The position numbers and the translations under genes are program-made. This document shows, in pieces, positions 56,289-64,000 of a stretch of 64,000 nucleotides of DNA. The notes beneath the pieces are model-generated. The model had not been told where the DNA came from. It ran no database searches and saw nothing but the letters and a program-made list of their open reading frames with translations. The DNA is from Candidatus Altiarchaeales archaeon (lineage in GTDB: Archaea; Altiarchaeota; Altiarchaeia; IMC4; SCGC-AAA252-I15), in the NCBI GenBank assembly GCA_014727915.1, contig WJMO01000007.1, forward strand, positions 33,773-97,772. The letters run 5' to 3'. Position 1 is the stretch's first letter. Every line of letters begins with the position of its first letter.

Positions 56289-56815
56289 ATATGAAGTATC
56301 TGAGCGAGATAGCGGGTAAGAAAGTCTGCGACGTGAACGGCGTGGACGTTGGAGAGGCAGAGGATTTGGAGATATCATTGAGCGAGGACGATATATTCCT
56401 GAGGGTTAAAGGCGAGGCGATGAAGGAGCTGAGAGGCCGCAAGACGGAGTTCATCCCCATAAGGGAGATAGACTACGTCAAGGACCGTGTGTACCTGTAC
56501 AAGCGTCTCAAAGAGCTGAAGGGAATCGTCGAGGAGGTCTTCATGAGCAACACACCATCGTACAAGTGCATGGACCTCATAGGAAGGCTGGTCACATCGG
56601 ACAATGAGAAGGTAGGGAAGGTCGTGGACTTCGGAGTGGATAAGCAGGCGAACGAGGTCATGATGCTCATCGAAGGCCTCAAGGTCGAGGATGTGAGGGG
56701 CAAGAAGAAGGAGAAGATACCGGTGTTCGAGATCTCGGAGATCACCAGCAACATACGGTTGCAGCACGACTTCGAGACGCTTTCCAAGAGGATCGTGGAA
56801 AAAAGGAGAAGATGA
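56285..56815 (+). CDS. Tandem PRC-barrel protein (distinct type)
   Basis: LSEIAGKKV.D.NG..VG...D; DLIGRLV...KVGKVVD. Confidence 0.8.
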   Translation: MNMKYLSEIAGKKVCDVNGVDVGEAEDLEISLSEDDIFLRVKGEAMKELRGRKTEFIPIREIDYVKDRVYLYKRLKELKGIVEEVFMSNTPSYKCMDLIGRLVTSDNEKVGKVVDFGVDKQANEVMMLIEGLKVEDVRGKKKEKIPVFEISEITSNIRLQHDFETLSKRIVEKRRR

Positions 56816-58050
56816 AGGAGGGAGGATTGGCAGAGGATGATAAAAGACTTAGGAGAGACCTGGGGCTGAAGGAGGTCGTGTTCTTCGGGGTTGGAGTCAC
56901 GTTGGGCGCCGGGATATATGCGATTATAGGGGAGGCGGCTCTGGTCTCGGGCAACATGGTGTGGCTCTCGTTCCTGGTGGCTTCGTTCGTGGCGCTGCTG
57001 AGCGCGTTCTCATACGCTGAGCTGAGCTCACGGTACCCTGACGCGGGTGGCGAGTTCGAGTACGTCAACCAGGTTTTCGGCCGTTCGCCCGCGTTTGTGA
57101 TCGGGTTTCTGGTCGCTGTCACGGGCATAGTGGCAAGCGCCGCCATATCCATAAGCTTCGCAGAATACCTATCCGTAGTCTATCCATTGAACCGGACGGC
57201 AGCGGCTATCGGAATCATGCTGCTGATGGCGGCGGTCAACATCTCGGGGATAAAGCACTCCTCCAAGACCAACATGATAGCGACCGCGATAACGCTTGCG
57301 GGTCTGGTGCTGGTCGTTCTCTTCTCCATTCCAGACTTGGGAAGCGTCGACTATCTTGAGATGCCACCCTCGGGTTCAGTGGGCATACTGTCCGCGGGGG
57401 CTCTCATCTTCTTCGCCTACGTGGGTTTTGAAGACGTGGTCAAACTGGCGGAGGAGACCGAGAACCCCAGGGAGAACATACCAAAAGGCCTGATATTATC
57501 CAATCTGATAGTCATGGTTATCTACCTCATGGTGTCGCTCAGCCTCGTCAGCGTCATCGAATGTGAGGGTCTGGGAGGTGTTGAAGGGCCTCTGAGCCAT
57601 CTTATGAGGTCTAAAACAGGTTTTGTGGGAGCGTCTTTGATGGCGGTTTTCGCATTGTTCGCCACGTCCAACAGCATACTAACCAACGTGATAGCCACGT
57701 CCAGGATAGTCTTCGACATGGGCCGGGAGAGCACGATCCTTAAGCCTTTGACTTATCTGACTCCCGGGCTTGGCACCCCCTTGACAGGCACCCTGCTAAC
57801 TTCCGCGGCTATACTGGCGTTCATACTCATAGGGGACCTGAAGACCGTGGCTGCGTTGAGCAACATGTTCATATTCGCCGTCTTTTTCACCATAAACGTG
57901 ACAGCCATAGCCTCGAGGTTCAGGCCCGGGGAGGAGGCCAGGTTCAAAATGCCGCTTAACATCGGGAAGTTTCCGTTGATCAGCGTGGTGGGTGCTTTTT
58001 CAATACTAATGCTATTCATTTATAACCTGGGTAACCTGGGTTTTCCATGA
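56812..58050 (+). CDS. APC-family amino-acid permease
   Basis: GAGIY, YAELSSRYPDAGG, FFAYVGFE, EETENP. Confidence 0.93.
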   Translation: MKEGGLAEDDKRLRRDLGLKEVVFFGVGVTLGAGIYAIIGEAALVSGNMVWLSFLVASFVALLSAFSYAELSSRYPDAGGEFEYVNQVFGRSPAFVIGFLVAVTGIVASAAISISFAEYLSVVYPLNRTAAAIGIMLLMAAVNISGIKHSSKTNMIATAITLAGLVLVVLFSIPDLGSVDYLEMPPSGSVGILSAGALIFFAYVGFEDVVKLAEETENPRENIPKGLILSNLIVMVIYLMVSLSLVSVIECEGLGGVEGPLSHLMRSKTGFVGASLMAVFALFATSNSILTNVIATSRIVFDMGRESTILKPLTYLTPGLGTPLTGTLLTSAAILAFILIGDLKTVAALSNMFIFAVFFTINVTAIASRFRPGEEARFKMPLNIGKFPLISVVGAFSILMLFIYNLGNLGFP

Positions 58051-58056
58051 GGTCGG

Positions 58057-59088
58057 ATGGGTATGGTCGGGAAGAGGTCTGAGAGGCGGCGTTTCGGCAA
58101 GCTGGGTTTGGGCGTCAGCGCGGCATTGATACTGTTGGTGTTGTACTTCCTGACACCCTACGTTAACGGGTTCTTCCAAGCGCTCATACTATACGTCATA
58201 CTCAAACCGTCATATGACTGGCTGACGTTGAAGAGGGGGCAGGGGAGGAGCCTGTCAGCTTATATTGTTATAATGCTCTCCGTCTTCTTGATAATCATAC
58301 CGTTTTTCTTAGCTGCCAGCCTCGTCTTCAACGAGGTCCGGAACGCGGAGGAGACGATAGTCGCGGTTTTCAACGAGGCCTCGGACTACTTGGAGGTGGT
58401 GGATTCCGCCCTGGTTTCCGTCGACGTTACAGGTTTGTTGAGGGGGCAGATAGACTCGACCGCGTCCTTCATGAAGGGCATGCTCTCATCCTTTGTGGAG
58501 AGCCTCGCTCATTTCTTCATAAACATAACCATAACCTATTTCCTGCTCTATTATTTCCTGGTTGACGGAGGGAGGATAGGGGAGGAGATCCGGTCCATCA
58601 TACCCTTCAGCAAGAGGGACACCGAAGGCTTCATAACGGAGTTCAAGAACGTGACCTATTCGACGGTTATCGGCACTGGGGTGATAGCCTTCATACAGGG
58701 GTCCCTGCTGACGGTGGTGTTCTACCTTTTCGGCCTGCCTGCCGCGTTCTTCTGGGGTTTCATATGCTTCATACTGTCGGTCATGCCCGTCGTGGGAGCT
58801 CCCATCATATGGCTTCCCGCGGCGGTATCCCAGTTCCTGATAGGGGAGAACGTGGCTGGTCTGGGGGTGCTGGTGGGAGGCCTCATAATAAGCAGCGTGG
58901 ACAACTTCATAAGGCCGTTCATACAGAACAAGATCGGCAGGCTGCACCCGCTCACCACCCTTCTAGGGGTCATAATAGGCGTTCCCAACTTCGGCGTGAT
59001 CGGCGTCATCGTGGGGCCGCTGATAATATCCTACTCGATGATAACTATGAAGATCATCAGGGAAGAGTACATACAGGGAGACGCGTGA
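58057..59088 (+). CDS. AI-2E family transporter
   Basis: PVVGA..IWLP, VDNFIRP, LHP, GVIVGPL. Confidence 0.93.
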   Translation: MGMVGKRSERRRFGKLGLGVSAALILLVLYFLTPYVNGFFQALILYVILKPSYDWLTLKRGQGRSLSAYIVIMLSVFLIIIPFFLAASLVFNEVRNAEETIVAVFNEASDYLEVVDSALVSVDVTGLLRGQIDSTASFMKGMLSSFVESLAHFFINITITYFLLYYFLVDGGRIGEEIRSIIPFSKRDTEGFITEFKNVTYSTVIGTGVIAFIQGSLLTVVFYLFGLPAAFFWGFICFILSVMPVVGAPIIWLPAAVSQFLIGENVAGLGVLVGGLIISSVDNFIRPFIQNKIGRLHPLTTLLGVIIGVPNFGVIGVIVGPLIISYSMITMKIIREEYIQGDA

Positions 59089-59150
59089 AAAACCATCTCG
59101 AGAACATTTTTATATATTTTAAAAATTTTTTTGAATAGTCAATAATTTGT

Positions 59151-59663
59151 TCATATTTTTCTCGGGTCGTACGCCCAGTGCAGGATTGCCTGCCTCTGCT
59201 TTCTCCTGCAGTTCAGGTCGCCCTTCGGGCAGTTCTTCTTGACTGCGGCGATGTGCCTTCTGATGGCCTTCCACCTGCTTATCTGCCGGCTGTCGTCTTC
59301 GATCCTACGGCCCATGTAGTACCGGCAGTACCACTGGAACCACCCCCTCGGATCCGCGGGGTTTATCCACCCCTTCCGCTCCCACTCGCTGAGGGGCAGG
59401 GAAGCGTCCACGCCTAAGAGATTTATTTTAGGGTCTTTGCGTTCGGGGCTGAGCCTGGCGTGCCTGAACCATGATCTGGGGAACTCAGCCTGGCAGTCCG
59501 TCATGTACTTGCCCCCGAACACCCCGAGTTCCAGCATCTCCTTAGGCGTCAGCTCCGGGTTGAACTCCGGGTGGAAGTTGCGGCCTTCAGGCTCCGTGAG
59601 ATGGTAGACGTAGCCCTTCTGCATCCGGTCGTTGACGACCACCTTCACAGGCTTGGATCTCAT
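59151..59663 (-). CDS. Conserved hypothetical protein
   Basis: TPKEMLELGVFGGKY, DPRGWFQWYCRYYMGRR..DD.RQI.RW, RQAILHWAYD. Confidence 0.85.
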   Translation of the reverse strand: MRSKPVKVVVNDRMQKGYVYHLTEPEGRNFHPEFNPELTPKEMLELGVFGGKYMTDCQAEFPRSWFRHARLSPERKDPKINLLGVDASLPLSEWERKGWINPADPRGWFQWYCRYYMGRRIEDDSRQISRWKAIRRHIAAVKKNCPKGDLNCRRKQRQAILHWAYDPRKI

Positions 59664-59734
59664 AGTAGAGTATGTGCATTGGGAGCTAATAATATTCCCC
59701 GCCCTTATTACCCTGTCCTTCCGGTATTTTATTC

Positions 59735-61147
59735 ATGGGTGAGAGGGCCATCCCAAAGGAGCGGTTGAAGGAATTGAGGAGGCGTTATGGGGATGTCCCG
59801 GAGAGGGAGCTTGTCGAGGAGTGGGAGATAGCAGATCCTCGGCTGAAGGCAGCGAGGAAGCAGCATGGGAGCTTGGACGACAGGGACATAGTGCTGTTCG
59901 GCCACAGGATACGGAGGATGCCCGGGGATTCGGAACAGGACCTCATAGTCCGGACGACGAACCAGCACGCTGGAAGCCTTGTGAGAAAGGTCGTTGAAAA
60001 GGTGGAGAGCGCGAATCGCATTCGTTCAGCGAGGCGTGACAGCGGTAGGGAACCACCACCACATGACCCAAAACAGGAAAGGCATGTTGGGCTAACAAGT
60101 GCAACGCTGGCCCAGCATAGCAGCCGCGTCGGCCCGGCACCAACGGAGTCTGCCCTTGCAGCCGCGATCGAGAACGAACGCAGAGCTGTTGAAGACCGTG
60201 AAGTCCAGGAGTACCGTTTGAGGCCAATCGAAGCTTACGCTCTGGGCAGGAGGGTGGTTGTAATGGTGGAGGAGAGGGGGGTGGATTTCCCGTTCTTTTA
60301 CAGGGCACTGCTCGAACAGCAAGCGGAGAGCAACAACGAGGAACCCATCCATAGTGTTGGCCATCACCTGCGCAAGATGGGCATAGACCCGAACGTCGCC
60401 GATGAAACACTGCAGTCATGGGCGAGCCAGACCTCGCCGGTGGATGCGTGCAAGATCATAATGGAGCTTCAAGGCCTCGGGATCAACCAGATGGACCTCT
60501 TCCTTACAGGCATCAAGGGCGGTAGGTTGGATCTTGCCCATCTCATAGACGAGAACCGGAAGGACGTTTTCAAACCATTGCCTGCTGAACTGGTTGACAC
60601 GGCAAGAAGGGCATTGTCCAGGAGCAAAGCAAGGGGTGGGGGAGAATCATTCCACCGGCTGGGGCCGGTCATAGAGAGGGCCAGGGAGGACGAGAGGAAC
60701 TTTGACGTGGCCCGGAGATTCCCATACTTCAAGGTCACTGTGAAGAGGGTTGCCGGCGGAGATGCTGAAGGGAAGATTCACGCGATCGACAGGGCGGTGG
60801 CCAGGTTCAACCAGGAGGTCCAGATGCCGAACATAGAATTGGGCGTCTCACATGCCTGCGCACTCGATGACGAGTTCGTGATGACGCCCCGGACGTTGGC
60901 TGTGAGCCTCAGACAGCTCGAATTCGGAGGTTCAATGTATTCGAAATACCTTGGAGACCAGCTTGAAGGCGAGGGCATAACAAGGCAGAACATCTCGGAG
61001 TTCCGAGAGCTGGTGGATGATAGGTTAAGGGTGCGGTACAAAGGTGAGAGTTACCGTATGGAGGATGACCAGATAATCTTCACCCAAGTCTCAAAGGGAA
61101 GGCTGACCCTGGTGCCCAACATCCAACTGGGGGAGAGAGCGGACTAG
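59735..61147 (+). CDS. Hypothetical protein
   Basis: 470-aa charged ORF, no motif recognised. Confidence 0.65.
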   Translation: MGERAIPKERLKELRRRYGDVPERELVEEWEIADPRLKAARKQHGSLDDRDIVLFGHRIRRMPGDSEQDLIVRTTNQHAGSLVRKVVEKVESANRIRSARRDSGREPPPHDPKQERHVGLTSATLAQHSSRVGPAPTESALAAAIENERRAVEDREVQEYRLRPIEAYALGRRVVVMVEERGVDFPFFYRALLEQQAESNNEEPIHSVGHHLRKMGIDPNVADETLQSWASQTSPVDACKIIMELQGLGINQMDLFLTGIKGGRLDLAHLIDENRKDVFKPLPAELVDTARRALSRSKARGGGESFHRLGPVIERAREDERNFDVARRFPYFKVTVKRVAGGDAEGKIHAIDRAVARFNQEVQMPNIELGVSHACALDDEFVMTPRTLAVSLRQLEFGGSMYSKYLGDQLEGEGITRQNISEFRELVDDRLRVRYKGESYRMEDDQIIFTQVSKGRLTLVPNIQLGERAD

Positions 61148-61193
61148 AGCTTCCCTTTTTTTAATGATCATCTTGTCGTGTGAGTAGGGCGAC

Positions 61194-61748
61194 TCATTTG
61201 ATCCACGCTGTCACGTCGGGTTTGTTCCGTTCCCCGGGTGGCTGCTCGCCTTTGGGATGTCCGAGTATCAGGGGGACCATGAGCTCCAACCCATCTGGGA
61301 CGCCTATCGTCCCCAATATCCCCGGTTTCTGTTTTAGTAATGCGACGAAGCCCATGTAGCAGGTTCCGAGGCCCAGTTCATGGGCTTTCAGGAACATGTT
61401 CTGGGCTGCCAATACGCTGTCAAGCAGGTTCACCTGACTCCATCTCTCATCTGACTCGGCGCATATGAGTATGAGGACCGGAGCCCTATAGCATATGACA
61501 TCGTCTTCGGAATCCATCATCTCCGCCATGTTGGGCATCACCTCTGAAACGAGCTTCTTGGCCTCGTCGGAGACCAGCTTTATGACGTCCTTGTCCTCGA
61601 CTACTATGAACTTCCACGGTTGCCTGTTCATCCCCGTGGGCGCCCAGACACCAGCCTCCAAAACAGCCTCGATATGGTCCTTGGACACCGGCTCATCGCT
61701 GTAATGCCGTACACTACGCCTGCCCCTGATGCACTCTTCAATCTCCAT
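61194..61748 (-). CDS. Nitroreductase family protein
   Basis: RRSVRHY, WAPTGMNRQPW, AQNMFLKAHELGLGTC. Confidence 0.93.
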   Translation of the reverse strand: MEIEECIRGRRSVRHYSDEPVSKDHIEAVLEAGVWAPTGMNRQPWKFIVVEDKDVIKLVSDEAKKLVSEVMPNMAEMMDSEDDVICYRAPVLILICAESDERWSQVNLLDSVLAAQNMFLKAHELGLGTCYMGFVALLKQKPGILGTIGVPDGLELMVPLILGHPKGEQPPGERNKPDVTAWIK

Positions 61749-61992
61749 AACAGAAGTAATAGAACCGACGATTATTAATTCGGTTCAATTGGTCTTCCGT
61801 TCTTAGTCGCTGTCCCTAGACCCATATCAACTGCTCTATCTTGCCTAGTCCAACAACATGCGATTATAGACTATCTTTTTAATTTTGGAGGGTATACGGG
61901 GGGGTTTTTAAGCTTTTCGACCCTAATCAGTATTGGGTGTTCCAGCGGTTTATTCAGATGTGCTGTGGGAATCCATTTTAAGGCGGGTAAAG

Positions 61993-63552
61993 ATGAAAAG
62001 GACAAATCAGTTTTTGGGGATTTTGGTTGCGTTGTTGGTTGTTTCGTTGTTGGTGGCTGCGTCCACAGCCGAGAAGCATAGGGTTTATGTTAAGGGATCC
62101 CCTGCTGCGAGGGGGTTGGCGAAGGGTTTGGTTGAAGCAAGGCACGAGTTCAAGGGAGCGTTCTCCGCTGAGGCCTCAGCCTCTAAGATCGAGGTATTGA
62201 ATGCCATACCAGGCATCGAGATAGAGCCTGTGCCTGTGTATCATATTACCGCTCCGCCCTTCAGCAAATGCGGGGATGGAGAATGCCAAGGATTTGAATC
62301 GCCTGACACCTGTCCAGCCGACTGTGGTGGCGGAGGAGGAGAATGCTACCCAGACAATGCGATACCCTGGGGCGTCCAGAAGGTCAACGGAGGAACCGGA
62401 GGCTCAGGAGTGATAGTAGCAGTCTTGGACACTGGATTGGACCAGGACCACCCCGACCTAGTAGGCAATCTAGTCGCTTGTGAGGGCCTCAGGTTTGGGA
62501 CCTGCGCGGACGGCCACGGCCACGGAACCCACGTTGCAGGCACGGTCCTGGCAAACGGGAAGATCAAGGGCGTAGCACCCGACGCTGGTTTGATGGCTGT
62601 TAAAGTCTGCACCGACTCAGGCTCATGCTATGCTGACGACGTTGCTGCAGGAGTCGACTATGCAGTCGCCAACGGGGCGAACATCATCTCCATGAGCTTC
62701 GGAGGACCCGATTTGGCATCCGTCGAGAAGACAGCATATGATAATGCAGCGGCTAGTGGAGTCCTCTTGATTGCCGCGGCAGGCAACAGCGGACCTGGAA
62801 CAGACACCATCGAATACCCGGGAGCATACTATAAGGTTATGGCGGTTGCCGCTATCGACTCGTCTGAGAATGTGGCTTCATTCAGTTCCAGGGGATTAAG
62901 TGATGGAGACAGCGATGTTGAAGAGAGGGAGTTGGATGTTGCAGCGCCTGGTGTCAGCGTGGAGTCAACGACAAATGACGGCTGCTACGGGTACAGCAGC
63001 GGCACCTCGATGGCGACACCCCATGTGTCGGGGCTCGCAGCCAAGCTATGGCAGGGCAGTGCACAAGCTACAAGAGACTACCTGGACTTCACGGTTGTGA
63101 AAGACCTCAGCCCAGCAGGCCATGACATATACACAGGATTTGGACTGCCCATAGCGCCAGGCTGCACATCAGACACGGACTGCAGTAGTGGAGAGCTATG
63201 CTGCAGCGGCCAATGCAGGGCAGCGGCGTGCGACAGCGACATAAGCTGCGATGATGGGATTGCGTGCACGGTAGACTCTTGCACCTTTGCCGGGACATGT
63301 GATGCCAGCTGCAGCCACACGGAAATAACCCAATGCGTTGGAGGCGACGGGTGCTGCCCGGCAAATTGCGACTTCGGAAACGACTCCGACTGCTCAGCCA
63401 CAACCTGCGGCAACGGAGTGTGCGAGGGCAACGGAGAGGACTGCCACAGCTGCCCAGGAGACTGCGCGTGCGTGGGCAGAAACTGCGAGAGAGGCTGCTG
63501 CGGAGACGGCATATTCCAGGATATGGACAACAAGAAATGCCAGACCATCTGA
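61993..63552 (+). CDS. Secreted subtilisin (S8) protease with Cys-rich C-terminal modules
   Basis: Signal peptide; VAVLDTG, HGTHVAG, AAAGN, GTSMATPHV; CGDG.C and CGNGVC repeats. Confidence 0.95.
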   Translation: MKRTNQFLGILVALLVVSLLVAASTAEKHRVYVKGSPAARGLAKGLVEARHEFKGAFSAEASASKIEVLNAIPGIEIEPVPVYHITAPPFSKCGDGECQGFESPDTCPADCGGGGGECYPDNAIPWGVQKVNGGTGGSGVIVAVLDTGLDQDHPDLVGNLVACEGLRFGTCADGHGHGTHVAGTVLANGKIKGVAPDAGLMAVKVCTDSGSCYADDVAAGVDYAVANGANIISMSFGGPDLASVEKTAYDNAAASGVLLIAAAGNSGPGTDTIEYPGAYYKVMAVAAIDSSENVASFSSRGLSDGDSDVEERELDVAAPGVSVESTTNDGCYGYSSGTSMATPHVSGLAAKLWQGSAQATRDYLDFTVVKDLSPAGHDIYTGFGLPIAPGCTSDTDCSSGELCCSGQCRAAACDSDISCDDGIACTVDSCTFAGTCDASCSHTEITQCVGGDGCCPANCDFGNDSDCSATTCGNGVCEGNGEDCHSCPGDCACVGRNCERGCCGDGIFQDMDNKKCQTI

Positions 63553-63570
63553 CCTGAACAAACAAGTAGT

Positions 63571-63615
63571 GGGGGGGAAACCCAACCTCCCCCCCAAAAA
63601 AAAACATTCTTTTTA
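63571..63615. terminator. G/C hairpin with A/T tracts after the protease gene
   Basis: G7 ... C7 stem followed by an A run and TTCTTTTT. Confidence 0.55.
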
Positions 63616-64000
63616 ATTACGCTGATAATTTGAAGAATCTCCCATATAATGTGAAATTGTCAGGCGAAAAACAGCCAAAAAAAAGCTTGTTTGGATTGTT
63701 TTATAAACTCTGTGGCGTGCTATGTTCTTATCACTGGTTGAGACAAACACCAAAATCCCTGTGTTCCTGCTGCTTTTGATACGCTCAAAACCCTTTGGGT
63801 TTTGGCGCCCCAAAACTGTCAAACGGTTTTGAGGGACACCTTGTGTTAGCTAATACACAGTGTTATCAAACTAAGTTTTTAGTATTTACCTGGTTATTCA
63901 TGAGGAGATATATTTTAGGTTCTCCTTTAGATAATTGAGTTATATAGGATGGTAATAAACAATCAAGGTGTTCAGGGCAAGGTTATTTCTCCTGAGGCTC

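Noticed and set aside
398-63616. Many long antisense and alternate-frame ORFs in the track
   Set aside because: Shadows of GC-rich real genes with no recognisable motifs
63613-64000. 69-aa minus-strand ORF, replication origin, or CDS starting at 63949
   Set aside because: AT-rich intergenic DNA with no ORB boxes or cdc6 recognised; the terminal ORF is too short to judge

Overview
Archaeal chromosomal segment, shown by TBP, an Sm-like protein next to rpl37e, Rpp21, Rpp30, archaeal MetRS, SMC, an archaellin, class III signal-peptide pilins and tRNA-Val(GAC). Gene style suggests a DPANN/Altiarchaeota-like organism, which is inference only. 1-11 kb: a minus-strand type IV/Tad-like pilus locus (platform protein, ATPase, a wHTH/Pro-rich/DUF2226-like protein, four pilin-like proteins including vWA and MAM-type adhesins), divergent from a beta-propeller/TPR membrane protein. 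14.5-37 kb: housekeeping genes mixed with disulfide-rich surface proteins, two paralogous GT-C-like membrane proteins and a thiol-oxidoreductase pair. 37.4-40.7 kb: metal homeostasis, including NikR divergent from two small paralogous membrane proteins with a palindromic operator, and ArsR with an unannotated 46-aa Cys-rich peptide, ArsP and GDT1. 41-59 kb, the most striking part: a tandem Lrp regulator, 15-bp Lrp-type palindromes next to a BRE/TATA box, then about 27 co-oriented, tightly packed genes over 17 kb that resemble a general-stress/dormancy programme (PRC-barrels, BON, dodecin, PfpI, Fpg, YdaT-like, CBS-HPF hibernation factor, stand-alone ATP-cone and PqqD-like proteins, TrkH, YihY, AI-2E). 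All family calls come from motif recognition by eye; no searches were run.
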